DNA from: a bacterium | GTDB taxonomy: Bacteria; Patescibacteriota; Saccharimonadia; Saccharimonadales; DATKHC01 | Assembly: GCA_021781215.1 (NCBI GenBank) | Contig: JAJXXC010000004.1 | Coordinates: forward strand, 2,975 to 66,974 | DNA: 64,000 nucleotides | Reading direction: 5' to 3' | In this document: positions 37,808-48,300 of the stretch, in pieces | How positions within the stretch are numbered: the first letter of the stretch is position 1 | Layout: every line of letters starts with the position of its first letter | Program-made: the position numbers and the translations under genes | Notes under the pieces: generated by a model | Databases searched by the model: none | The model's input: the letters and a program-made list of their open reading frames with translations, nothing else | Told to the model about the DNA's origin: nothing

Positions 37808-39100
37808 TTATTTGGCAATAGCGTATTTTACTAACTGAGCGACGGTTTTCTCAGCCATTAATCGACTACCGATCTGTTGCTTAAATTCAGGTTTGCTCAT
37901 CTCTTCTTGTGAAGCTGGGTCTGGATATTGCTGTTTAATTTGGTTGATTCTATTATCGACTTCTTCAGGAGATACCTGAATGCCTTCTACGCTAGCAATC
38001 TCTGACAAAACGATACTGTGTCTTAATCGATCAATGGCTTCAGGACGTAATCTATTGGTCTTTAATTCATCCTCGGTAATTGATTCTTGTTTTAAATACT
38101 CTTCTAAAGTCTGGCCTCGGTAAACTAAGTTTTGTTTTAATTCTGTGAGCTTATCTTCAATTTCATTATTAATTAATGGCTCAGGGATATCGAAATTTGT
38201 TTTATCAGTTATTAGTTTAATTAAATCAGCCTCGTAATTCCGATCTAATGTATTTTGTTTTTCAAACTCTAACTGTTGTTTGATATCAGCTCTTAATTCA
38301 TCTACTGTCTTAAACGGACCAGATTTAACCGCCATCTCATCATTAACCTCAGGTTTAACAATTTCCTGAACCTTAGTTATATCTACTTTAAATGTTACGT
38401 CTCGACTGGCTAGTGCCTTCAAGTGGTAATCTTTTGGAAACTTTAATACAAAGGTTTTTTGATCATTAGCTTTTAATCCAATAATATTGGTTTCAAAACC
38501 CGGTATAAAAGTATTACTACCTAAAATCAACGGGTAATCCTTGCCCGTAGCTCCTTCAACAGCCTTGCCTTTATCGTCGGTGCCTTCGAAATCAATCCAT
38601 ACCTGATCACCGTCCCTAGACGCGCGATCCACGTCTTTTCTAACTGCTAACTGAGTTCTAACTCGCTCAATAACTTCATCAATCTCAGCCTTTGTTGCCA
38701 CTTTTTTTGGTTCTTGGGCTAATTTAATCTTTTTATAATCAGGTAATTTAATATCTTCCAAGATAGATACTTCAACCGTAAACTCAAGCTGGCTATATGG
38801 AACGAATTTAGTTATTTCAATTTTAGGCTGTTCAACGACTCTAAGTTTTTTTTCAGATACAGACTTTGAATATAAATCATTAATAATCTCATCTAGGAAT
38901 TGTCCCTGAACTTGATTGGGGTCGACATTCTTCTCGACAATAGATAGCGGTACTTTACCCTGTCTAAATCCCGCTATCTTTAGATCTTTCTGAAAATGAT
39001 GTTCGAGGATATGATTCTTCATTGAATCAAGTTCAGACTTTTCTGCGGCAATAGTCATCTTTGTTTTATTTTTTGAAATCGATTGAGTAGTTATTTGCAT
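37808..39100 (-). CDS. tig: Trigger factor
   Basis: N-terminal ribosome-binding region with GFRQGKVP, central FKBP-like region, 430 aa, upstream of clpP. Confidence 0.9.
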   Translation of the reverse strand: MQITTQSISKNKTKMTIAAEKSELDSMKNHILEHHFQKDLKIAGFRQGKVPLSIVEKNVDPNQVQGQFLDEIINDLYSKSVSEKKLRVVEQPKIEITKFVPYSQLEFTVEVSILEDIKLPDYKKIKLAQEPKKVATKAEIDEVIERVRTQLAVRKDVDRASRDGDQVWIDFEGTDDKGKAVEGATGKDYPLILGSNTFIPGFETNIIGLKANDQKTFVLKFPKDYHLKALASRDVTFKVDITKVQEIVKPEVNDEMAVKSGPFKTVDELRADIKQQLEFEKQNTLDRNYEADLIKLITDKTNFDIPEPLINNEIEDKLTELKQNLVYRGQTLEEYLKQESITEDELKTNRLRPEAIDRLRHSIVLSEIASVEGIQVSPEEVDNRINQIKQQYPDPASQEEMSKPEFKQQIGSRLMAEKTVAQLVKYAIAK

Positions 39101-39154
39101 AGATATAGACTTTAACAGATTGTATTTATTTTTACTAACTTAAAATTAGTAGAG

Positions 39155-39547
39155 CTAAATATTATTCTTATGGGACTTTATATACTTACTGTTTAAAGCC
39201 GACAGTATTTGAGACTGAGAAAAACCTCTTGATGTTAAATATGCGGTCATTTCCACTCGAACATCTTCTCTGAAGGTTTTATGATCCAAACCTTGCTCTG
39301 ATAATATTTTATCTAATTGATGTGACATCAGTATCCCATGGACCTGGTCGTCGGTTCTGTCCAATACCGATGCTTCGGCATGAACCCTAGCTCTTCTTAA
39401 TACCGATTTCGGTATTTCACTAGATGATATTTTTTGAATTTGCCTGGTGCTATTTAGTGAACTGGCGAATGCCGCACTATTAAAAATAACCCCACTAATA
39501 ATGACTAGACTTAATACTGTCAAAACAGCCGAATTAATCTTTCTCAT
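39155..39547 (-). CDS. Hypothetical secreted protein (signal peptide)
   Basis: N-terminal MRKINSAVLTVLSLVIISGVIFNSAAFA looks like a Sec signal. No family recognised. Confidence 0.45.
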   Translation of the reverse strand: MRKINSAVLTVLSLVIISGVIFNSAAFASSLNSTRQIQKISSSEIPKSVLRRARVHAEASVLDRTDDQVHGILMSHQLDKILSEQGLDHKTFREDVRVEMTAYLTSRGFSQSQILSALNSKYIKSHKNNI

Positions 39548-39669
39548 TTAGAATCCTTTCGTTTAAGAATTACCAATTTGAATTATAAATTCATTGGCTG
39601 ACTATATGCTGTAGGAAACCCTATTTGACTATATTTAAACTAAATTTGTGGTATCAGTAGAAACAATTT

Positions 39670-39754
39670 TGGTGGGCGAGAGAGGACTTGAACCTCCACA
39701 TCTTGCGATACATGCTCCTAAGGCATGCGTGTCTACCAATTCCACCACTCGCCC
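39670..39754 (-). tRNA. tRNA-Leu (anticodon UAG), 85 nt with long variable arm, CCA encoded
   Basis: Reverse complement GGGCGAGTGGTGGAATTGGTAGACACGCATGCCTTAGGAGCATGTATCGCAAGATGTGGAGGTTCAAGTCCTCTCTCGCCCACCA. Anticodon stem-loop is CATGC-CTTAGGA-GCATG. Confidence 0.9.
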
Positions 39755-39776
39755 GAATAAACATATTTTATAGTTT

Positions 39777-40298
39777 TCAGCGAAAAAAAACTAGTCTAGC
39801 TTCACCATAAATCTTACTTTTAATCTCTACTAATGTTTTAAACTTAGGGTCATTGCAATTTTTGGGCAGTGATAAGATTAATAGACCGCCTAATTTAACA
39901 AGTGGTTCTAGGCGCAGGATAGTCTCGATATCGATGGGTTGATCGAAGGGTGGGTCACAAACAACTAAATTAAATGATTGATCATTGCTATTAATAAACC
40001 CGCTGACCGAATTACTAACTAACTTAATTTTTGTTTCTAGATTCAGGCTTCGGATGTTATCAGCTATTGATTTTTGAGCTTTCTTATTTGACTCAACCAA
40101 AACGGCGGATTCTGCGCCTCTCGAAACTGCTTCAAATGCAATTGCCCCAGTACCGGCATAACAGTCTAATAATGCAAGGCCCTCTATATCACCTAAAATA
40201 TTAAATAGTCCACCCCTTATCTTTTCACTCATCGGATGAGTTGTATTAGATATATTATTGAATGTTTGGCCTTTTAACTGTCCTGAGATTATACGCAT
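39777..40298 (-). CDS. rsmD: 16S rRNA (guanine966-N2)-methyltransferase RsmD
   Basis: MRIISGQLKGQ start, LDCYAGTGAIAFEAVSRGA, VCDPPF. ATG 40298 chosen; the track start overlaps the upstream gene. Confidence 0.85.
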   Translation of the reverse strand: MRIISGQLKGQTFNNISNTTHPMSEKIRGGLFNILGDIEGLALLDCYAGTGAIAFEAVSRGAESAVLVESNKKAQKSIADNIRSLNLETKIKLVSNSVSGFINSNDQSFNLVVCDPPFDQPIDIETILRLEPLVKLGGLLILSLPKNCNDPKFKTLVEIKSKIYGEARLVFFR

Positions 40299-40299
40299 A

Positions 40300-41118
40300 T
40301 CATTTCTTATTGAGTGATCCTGATTCATACAATGCCAAATACCAAGCTAGAGTAACTGTGCGAATCATTGAGGGACCTAATTTATTACGAATTAGTTTGG
40401 CTAACTTAGGAGTCCAGCCTCTCTTGTAATATGTATTATAGATATCCAAAACTGCTATCTCTCTGGCCTGATTAATAAAATATTCAGTTAAGCCAATTTT
40501 TTTTATTAAATTTATTTCCTTGTCATTAGGAATATATTTATCAAATGACATTGGTGCTAATATAACCGCTGCGCCAAGCTCAAATAACCCGTGAGTAAAC
40601 ATTAATCCTTTTGGACCCCACATTTTCCAGTTATTTTTCAGCATATCTCTAGCTGTTAAGCCCGGCATAATGAGTTTCTCTTTCACAGACATCTGGTCTT
40701 TGGTTTTACCATGTACCAATAGCTTAGATAGTTCCTCTTGATATGGATAATGATGTGCTGGGGTTAAGCCGTCTACTAGAGAATGGGCAAGCCAAGCGGC
40801 TTCAAATGCTACTCTTTCAGAATTCTTTTGCTCAAGCTCATGGACTAAATTTTTATAATGCTCATTAATAATTTTAATCAAAGTACCATCATCATCAAAT
40901 GGACTAAAATAATGTTCTGGTTCATTTTTGCCAGGACTTTTTCTTTTAAGCCCATCTGGGCCATTTCTCCCCTCGAATCTTAAGATAGATCGAGTAGTGG
41001 GGAATAGATCTCTACCATTAATTAAAGTCCCTAAGTGTTCTCTTGCGACCTTATCAACCTTTTGATGAGCGCCTATAATTTTTCCCGAATAATCGGTTAA
41101 AGTAAATCCAGAATACAT
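40300..41118 (-). CDS. Hypothetical protein, possibly of the zinc-dependent phospholipase C / P1-nuclease-like superfamily
   Basis: His/Asp-rich pattern (GAHQKV, EHYFSPFDDD, AAWLAHSLVDGLTPAHH) is reminiscent of Zn-dependent PLC-like folds. Weak call. Confidence 0.3.
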   Translation of the reverse strand: MYSGFTLTDYSGKIIGAHQKVDKVAREHLGTLINGRDLFPTTRSILRFEGRNGPDGLKRKSPGKNEPEHYFSPFDDDGTLIKIINEHYKNLVHELEQKNSERVAFEAAWLAHSLVDGLTPAHHYPYQEELSKLLVHGKTKDQMSVKEKLIMPGLTARDMLKNNWKMWGPKGLMFTHGLFELGAAVILAPMSFDKYIPNDKEINLIKKIGLTEYFINQAREIAVLDIYNTYYKRGWTPKLAKLIRNKLGPSMIRTVTLAWYLALYESGSLNKK

Positions 41119-41133
41119 AATAAATTAATTATT

Positions 41134-43176
41134 TTAGTTAAGTGTCGTTATAGATCTGAGTCTTTTGACTCTTTCGTTCAACTGTACATATTGTAACAGC
41201 TTTTCCTTCTTTAATATAAACTGATCTGCCGCCCGTTTGGCCTTTAGCATCAAAGGCACATCAGTTAATGTAGCAATCTGTAAATCAAAGCCAATCTTAC
41301 CATGTTGCATGGTTCCATAGATCACTCCAGGTCCCCTTAGCTCCAAATCAAGATCAGCTAGCTCGAACCCATCATATATATTTTCCAGCGCCAAAAGACG
41401 TTTAGTTGGTGGCTTATTTTCATTAAGAAGCAAGTAGCAATAACCCTGTTTGTCATTACGGCCCACTCGACCCCGTAACTGATGTATTTGAGCCAAACCA
41501 AATCTGTCCGGACTCTCAATAGCAATTACTGTCGCATTCACTATATTGACTCCTACCTCAATAATAGTTGTAGCCACTAAGACATTAATTTTATTATCAA
41601 TAAATGCCTGCATAGTCTTTTCAGACTCATCAGATGACAACTTACCATGTAAAACTCCGACCTTAAAATCTTTATATACGCCATCAGATAGCTCTTTGTA
41701 TACTTTTTCTACAGATCTAATATTAATAACTTTAGAATCCGTTATGGTGGGACAAACTATAAATAGTTGCTCACCATTTTTTAGTTTAGGCACAAAACTT
41801 TTATAAATTTCTGATCTTTGATTTAGACTAATAATCTTTGTCTCAATCGGCAGCTTGGTATATGGCTTTGATTTAATAATAGACACGTCAAGATCACCAA
41901 ATAGGGTTAGCTGTAGACTTCTTGGGATCGGTGTTGCGGTCATAGACAATAGGTGAGGCATATGATCAGTTTTATTTAATAAAGCCTGGCGTTGTTTAAC
42001 GCCGAATCTATGTTGCTCGTCAATAATAATTAATCCTAGTCGGCTGAGATTAATTTTTTCTCCCAAAATACTATGGGTTCCAATTATAAAATCGACTTCG
42101 GAGGAGTCAATTTGATTTTTTATCTCTTTTTGCTGGCTATTACTCATACTACCAGTTAATAAGCCCACCTTATTTCCCATGCCAATTGAATTAAAAATCT
42201 GATAAATTGTCTGATAATGCTGTCTTGCTAGTATTTCAGTTGGAGCCAAAAGCGCTACTTGAAATCCGGCGTTAGCTGCAATTGCTGCTACGACAGCCGC
42301 AGCTACAGTTTTGCCGGTACCAACATCACCTTCCAATAATCTATTCATTGGCTTATCTGAAGCTATATCTAATATTATTTGCCAGATAGCAATTCTCTGT
42401 TCATCAGTTAATTTAAATGGTAACTTAGCTACTAATTCTTGGGTTAGCTTCTCGTCAAATTTAATTGGTACCGCCTGGTAATGGCCCAATTGTTCTCGGT
42501 TTAATGCAGATGCTAATGATAAATCGAATAGCTCCTCAAAACCAATTCTTTCTCTAGCTTTTTTTAACTCCAAACTATCGATAGGAAAGTGGATGATTTC
42601 AATTGCTTTGGCTAATGGATATAAATCATAATCTTTAATAAGCCAAGCCGGAAGACTTTCAACCACATCCTGTAGGTAGATTAGTAAATTCTTTATAACC
42701 TTCCTGATTTGTACAGAAGTTAATCCTTTAGTTTCTCGGTATATTGGTAATATACGAGCAGTATTAACCGGAAAGTCACTAACTAACTCAATATTGGGAT
42801 TAATTATTGACATTCTTTGATGATGAAGCCCAAATTCACCCGAAATATAATATTCACTATCCTTTACTATCGAGTTAGCTCTGTAGGGTTGATTGAACCA
42901 AACGAGAGATAACTTTGAGCTGTCATCAGCTACAACAGCTTCCGTTATATGTAGCCTATTTCGAGAATATCTAGATACAACTGATTCAATTCTCCCTTTA
43001 ATAGTTACTAATCCAGGTGTTAAATCGACAATCTTCTCAACGTTTGAGTAGTCTTGGTATTTTCTAGGATAGTTAGTAAGTAAATCCTGGACCGTGTTTA
43101 TTCCTAGGATTTGAAATTTTGAATATAGGGCATTACCTACGCCACGAATATCAATAAGAGGAGTATTTAAATCCAT
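41134..43176 (-). CDS. recG: ATP-dependent DNA helicase RecG
   Basis: GDVGTGKT, DEQHRFGV, TATPIPRSL; N-terminal wedge domain; 680 aa. Confidence 0.95.
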   Translation of the reverse strand: MDLNTPLIDIRGVGNALYSKFQILGINTVQDLLTNYPRKYQDYSNVEKIVDLTPGLVTIKGRIESVVSRYSRNRLHITEAVVADDSSKLSLVWFNQPYRANSIVKDSEYYISGEFGLHHQRMSIINPNIELVSDFPVNTARILPIYRETKGLTSVQIRKVIKNLLIYLQDVVESLPAWLIKDYDLYPLAKAIEIIHFPIDSLELKKARERIGFEELFDLSLASALNREQLGHYQAVPIKFDEKLTQELVAKLPFKLTDEQRIAIWQIILDIASDKPMNRLLEGDVGTGKTVAAAVVAAIAANAGFQVALLAPTEILARQHYQTIYQIFNSIGMGNKVGLLTGSMSNSQQKEIKNQIDSSEVDFIIGTHSILGEKINLSRLGLIIIDEQHRFGVKQRQALLNKTDHMPHLLSMTATPIPRSLQLTLFGDLDVSIIKSKPYTKLPIETKIISLNQRSEIYKSFVPKLKNGEQLFIVCPTITDSKVINIRSVEKVYKELSDGVYKDFKVGVLHGKLSSDESEKTMQAFIDNKINVLVATTIIEVGVNIVNATVIAIESPDRFGLAQIHQLRGRVGRNDKQGYCYLLLNENKPPTKRLLALENIYDGFELADLDLELRGPGVIYGTMQHGKIGFDLQIATLTDVPLMLKAKRAADQFILKKEKLLQYVQLNERVKRLRSITTLN

Positions 43177-43195
43177 CTAGAAACTAATTATAGTT

Positions 43196-43966
43196 TTATT
43201 TTGCTCTTTTAACGAGTAGAAAAATACTTGGACCAAAAAACGATTTAGCTAGTATCGGTTGGGATAGTTTTTCAGCCGATAATAGGATTGGCATTGGTAC
43301 TATTCTCTTAAGAAAAGAATTTCTAAAATTAGAAACCGACAATATCTTTTCAACCTTCAGGCCATTGTGAGCTAATTGTTTTATAACGGTTTTGGGATTG
43401 TGATTAACAAAAGCGATCACGTCACTACCGCGATTTTTCCTAGACCTAATATCTACCGGCTCTTCAGGTACTTTTTTGGCTCGAAGTAAAAACTTGATTC
43501 TATTTACAAAATGAGAATAATTAGCGACCTCTATAATTAAGTATCCATCATCGGTTAGTACGCGGTGTAGTTCTTTTAGCGCTGGGTTAGGGTCTGGTAG
43601 ATGATGCATTACCCTTACCATAGTCAATAGATCTACCGACTGATCACTAAACTTTAAATTATCGGCTTCTTGTTTAGACAGCATAATATCGCTGTCGTTG
43701 CCTAAATAGTGCTTAGCAATATCTAATTGTTTCGCCGATGGCTCAACTAGAGTTACTTTATCGGAAAATGTCCTTAACAAAACACATAATCTACCATATC
43801 CACCACCTACATCTACCGCATTTTTAAAATGTTTATTCTTTAGTAGGCGTCTAATTGCGATTTCTTCCGATGCATTCTCATATTCTCTACCAACCCAATA
43901 CTGAGTGTAATCAAAGTTCGGATCATCGTATTGATCAGCTTTATTTTTTTGTTTGATCTGCGACAT
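43196..43966 (-). CDS. Class I SAM-dependent methyltransferase
   Basis: Motif I VDVGGGYGRL and motif post-I TLVEPS; substrate unknown. Confidence 0.7.
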   Translation of the reverse strand: MSQIKQKNKADQYDDPNFDYTQYWVGREYENASEEIAIRRLLKNKHFKNAVDVGGGYGRLCVLLRTFSDKVTLVEPSAKQLDIAKHYLGNDSDIMLSKQEADNLKFSDQSVDLLTMVRVMHHLPDPNPALKELHRVLTDDGYLIIEVANYSHFVNRIKFLLRAKKVPEEPVDIRSRKNRGSDVIAFVNHNPKTVIKQLAHNGLKVEKILSVSNFRNSFLKRIVPMPILLSAEKLSQPILAKSFFGPSIFLLVKRAK

Positions 43967-43985
43967 AAAAGACTAGTATACCAGA

Positions 43986-45242
43986 CTATTTTTTAATTTC
44001 TATAAAAATAGTGTCCTTAAAGGCCTTGCCTCTTCTTAACATCAAATAGTTAGAACTAAACCGTGAAAAATCAATCTCATCATCAGCTATTCTTTCATTA
44101 TCCAAATAGATCGACCCAGCTGCCAATAGCCTTCTTGCTTCAGTGACTGATAAAGCTAAGCCAGTTGTAACTAAAATTTCACTCATCTTAGTATTTTTAT
44201 TCCCTCGACGAACAATGATTGATCTAACATAATTCTTAAGTGTAGCAACAGCCTTCTTATCAATGTCGTTAACATTGGTTTTGCCAGTTAATACTTGTGT
44301 GGCAATCTCTACATTTCTAGCAGTATTCTCACCATGTACTATTTTAGTAACTTCATATGCTAGGGTTTTTTGAGCTATACGACTGGCTGGATTATGTTTC
44401 TGGGTTTTCTCGATTTCATCAATTTGATTTTTGTTTAATTCCGTAAAAATCTTAAGGTATGAAATGACTCCTAGATCATCTGAATTTATCCAAAACTGAT
44501 AGAAATCAAGTGGTGAAGTTTTTAATGGATCCAGCCAAACTGCACCTTTTTCACTTTTACCGAATTTAATGCCTGTTGCCTGATTAATGATTAGTGGGCA
44601 GGTAAACGCATGAACCGTTTTCTCGGTCACTTTTTTAATAAGCTCAACGCCAGATAAACAATTACCCCATTGATCGCTTCCTGCTATTTGTAAATTAACG
44701 CCATATTTCTGATTTAAATATAAATAGTCATAACCCTGTAATAAGGTATAGCTTAATTCCGTATAAGTTATTCCACTACCGTTTGGTCCGATTCTTTTAG
44801 CGATATAATCCCTCTGAACTAGTGGTGTCATCGAAAAATATTTGCCCACATCACGTAAAAAATCTAAAACATTAATCTTACTTAACCATTCAAGATTATT
44901 CAAAAATCTGGTATTAGAACCCAAGAGATTGGTTAGCTGTTTTTGAACTGCCCGAACATTGGTTTCTATGGTTTCTTTTGTCTGCATTGGACGTTCAGAA
45001 TCCTTGCCGCCCGGATCACCTATCAAACTAGTGGCACCACCGGAAATAATAGTCGCTTCGTGGCCATGGCGAATGAGACACTTATCCATCATTACTGCAG
45101 CTAAATTTCCTATAGTTAGAGAGTCGGAGGAGGCATCATAGCCGTGATAAAAAGATATCATCATGCTATCCAATTGCTTTAAATCCTTGAGGGTAGTCTG
45201 ATTAATAAATCCACGCCAGGTTAATTCTTCAGATAAATTCAT
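43986..45242 (-). CDS. tyrS: Tyrosine--tRNA ligase (bacterial type, C-terminal S4 domain) with a degenerate HIGH motif
   Basis: Colinear with Geobacillus TyrRS (MNLSEELTWRGF..., GGATSLIGDPGGK, GSDQWGN, KFGKS). Start at 45242 by homology; the track ATG at 45263 is possible. Confidence 0.9.
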   Translation of the reverse strand: MNLSEELTWRGFINQTTLKDLKQLDSMMISFYHGYDASSDSLTIGNLAAVMMDKCLIRHGHEATIISGGATSLIGDPGGKDSERPMQTKETIETNVRAVQKQLTNLLGSNTRFLNNLEWLSKINVLDFLRDVGKYFSMTPLVQRDYIAKRIGPNGSGITYTELSYTLLQGYDYLYLNQKYGVNLQIAGSDQWGNCLSGVELIKKVTEKTVHAFTCPLIINQATGIKFGKSEKGAVWLDPLKTSPLDFYQFWINSDDLGVISYLKIFTELNKNQIDEIEKTQKHNPASRIAQKTLAYEVTKIVHGENTARNVEIATQVLTGKTNVNDIDKKAVATLKNYVRSIIVRRGNKNTKMSEILVTTGLALSVTEARRLLAAGSIYLDNERIADDEIDFSRFSSNYLMLRRGKAFKDTIFIEIKK

Positions 45243-45304
45243 ATTTAACCAATTATATATCATTATTAACTACAGCAATAAATACATATTAATTATCAAT
45301 TTTT

Positions 45305-45313
45305 TGTTATAAT
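45305..45313 (+). promoter_or_regulatory. Candidate extended -10 promoter (TGtTATAAT) for the PBP gene
   Basis: TG-T-TATAAT lies 56 nt upstream of ATG 45369 in the divergent tyrS/PBP spacer. No good -35. Confidence 0.3.
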
Positions 45314-45368
45314 AACTAAGAATTAATTACCAATAAATCTAGGGTTATAGGGCAATACATAAAATTAT

Positions 45369-48300
45369 ATGAGTAGACCAAAAATTTCACAAAATAGTCG
45401 TTCCGGAAGAAGCAAATCTAAGCTAAATCAAATCAAATCGACCCAGTTACATCGAAATATATCTAGCAAAAACCTAACATCCGGATTCGTGATGCCGAAT
45501 AATTTTGTATTTAGATTTTTTAAAAAATTCGAGCCTAAAAATCTATACAATTATTGGTTCTCAAAAAAGGGTGGACTTATGGCTCTCAAAATAATAGGAG
45601 TTGGCCTTATATTTGGGTTTGTTTCACTATACGTATTATTAGCTCTCTATGACAGTAAGGCTAATCTAGGTTCAAATAATCAAGCACTTTCAGGTAATTT
45701 AACAATCTATGATAGCACTGGTAAAAATATTATATATTCAGAACCACCCGCTCAGTCAACCACCCAAGAAAATCTAACTTCACTGAGTCAATCTTCTCGT
45801 TATGTTCAAGATGCCTCCATAGCAATCGAAGATAAAAATTTCTACCATGAAAACGGGGTAGATATATTAGCTATTCTAAGATCAGCAGTTCATGATGCGC
45901 TAACTTTAGGTACTAATAACATCGGTGGCTCAACTATAACTGAGCAAACCGTTAAATTAGATGACCTGCGGAATACAAATACAAGGACTTTATTTGCCAA
46001 ATTTTCCGAATTTTTCATCGCAATAGATACTAATAGGAAATTCACTAAACAACAAATTCTAACTCACTATCTTAATATTGCACCATACGGAGATATCAAT
46101 GGCGTTGAGGCTGCTTCAAAACAATATTTTGGCATTAACGCTAGTAAGCTAACAATTGCTGAATCGGCTTTATTGGCATCAATTCCAAGAGATCCGACAT
46201 ATTATGCTCCTAGCTCTGGAAATCCGTATTTTGACCGACAAGCTACTACAGTTCGTATGGATTACGTGATGAAGCTAATGCTTGACCAGGGCTACATTAC
46301 CAAAGCTCAATATGCTCAGGCATTAAAAGAGGACCCAATTGACCTAGCTTTGTCTCAAAAACCAATTCCACCAGTTGTAAATCTATATCCTAACTTCAAT
46401 TCAGCCGTAATTAAAGAAATAAGCTACGACCAGACATTAAGTCCTAGTAACCCTAGATACATAAACCCCTCTCTAAACATAAATGGTTTAAAAATAATTT
46501 CTACACTAAACATGGCCCAGCAGCAGTATGTAGATAACGCATTTACAGCCAACACAACTACTAATACCAGGTTCCCTGGCACTGGTGTTTCAGAAAACAT
46601 TTTTACAAATCATCTAAACGACGAAGCTTTCGTAGCTGAAAATGTTCCGACCGGTCAAATTACTGCTATGGTTGGTTCGTTTGATGAACAAAATCCATCA
46701 GATACCAGTAACTTTAGCATTAAGAGTGGTTCGACCTATACTTCAAATGGTAATGAATACGGCATTTCAACCAGAAATGGTAAAACTGTTCAGATAAATA
46801 GTTTTTATAACTTAAATTGTGCTACCAACCAAGAATGTGTCCAGCCAGGATCATCATTCAAGCTCTACGACTATTCAGCGTTAATAAATGACCCAACCGT
46901 AAATAATGGCAATGGCGCTGGAGCTGGTTCGGTTTTATATGACGTCCCGGGTCTTATTACTTGTACAACAAAGTGCGCTGGTACCCAGACTCCGGCAAAT
47001 TTGGGATGGGCTTGTGGTCAAACATCTAACAATAACTGTCTTAGGGATGACACTGGCCCAGCTGAAATCTATGGCCCGGTTACACTTAGATACGGATTAG
47101 GAAACTCTCTTAATATACCCGCAGTAAAGGCTGGTGCGATTGAGGGTAAGGACAGTAACGGTGTCTGGAGAGCTATCAATGTTGCAGATAACATGATGGG
47201 GACAAATTTTGTTAATGGAAATAAGATTAACGATTACGTTTGTATTGTTAATAATCCAGCTACGGGTGGCCCTGAAATAAATAGTCAAGGCAACTATGTT
47301 TATAGTGCACAAGCCTGTATCTCCGGCGAGCCTTTAATTGGTGACCAAGCACAGATATCTCTTATTGATCATGTAAACGGCTATGCAACAGCAGCTAGAT
47401 TAGGCGCCGAGATGCCATACACAACGATTCTTAGCATTATCAACCCAATAAACAATAAAGTACTATTTAAGTATACTAAGCCCGTCACTACTCAAGTCAT
47501 AAACCCGCAAACTGGGTATATTATGATGAACATGTTAAGTGACCATAACGCATCCTATATGGCCCCTTTACTCAAAGACGGCACGGGCTGGAACATAGCC
47601 TACAAGAGCGGCACCCAATTCGAACAATACAATGGACTAGTTATGGCGGCCTCAACCCAATATGCAGTTGGCATGTGGGTAGGTTGCCCCGATCACTGTA
47701 CCCAAAATGCCATGGTAAACGATGGAAGCGCCAGCAACCCAGTATACTTACCGGGCGGAGCAACACAACAGATGGAATTTATGACTGTACCAATTGTCAA
47801 AGATTTCATGTTGAATGTAGCACTTAAAAATTTACCAGTTACCAACTGGACTGCACCTGCTGGTATTCAAACCCTACCCGCATTTTGTCAAACTAAAAGG
47901 ATAAACTCAGATGTCCCGCCTTCTAATTGCACTAACTATACAGATATTTACCCATCGTGGTATAAACAATCTCAAGCAGCTAAGGGTGGCGTTTTCGATA
48001 AAGTATCAGGCGACCTAGCTACTAGCTGTACGCCAGCATTAGCTAAAACAACGGTTGGAGCTAGCAGTAACGTCAGCATCTATTCAATCGATCCATTCTA
48101 CACAGTTGCTCTTACCGGACAACAAAGTACCGTTAACTTATATAACTCATCCAAAACTGACCCCATTCATTTATGTAGCGATTCTATGCCGAAAGTAACA
48201 TTAAATTCTCAACAAAACGATGGAACTGCAAGCCCATCATGTACTGCCGGAACTTGCTCTTTCAATATTACTGCTACCCAAGGCACCCACCCACTTACAA

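Noticed and set aside
37122-40302. Possibility of an alternative genetic code (UGA reassigned, as in some CPR lineages).
   Set aside because: clpP, rsmD and the PLC-like gene end on TGA at positions matching full-length homologues, and the tRNA-Trp anticodon is CCA. Standard code 11 fits.
45264-45368. Possible T-box riboswitch upstream of tyrS.
   Set aside because: Only ~105-125 nt are available, which must also hold the divergent PBP promoter. I found no specifier-loop/T-box (AAUUAGGGUGGUACCGCG-like) sequence or terminator/antiterminator pair.
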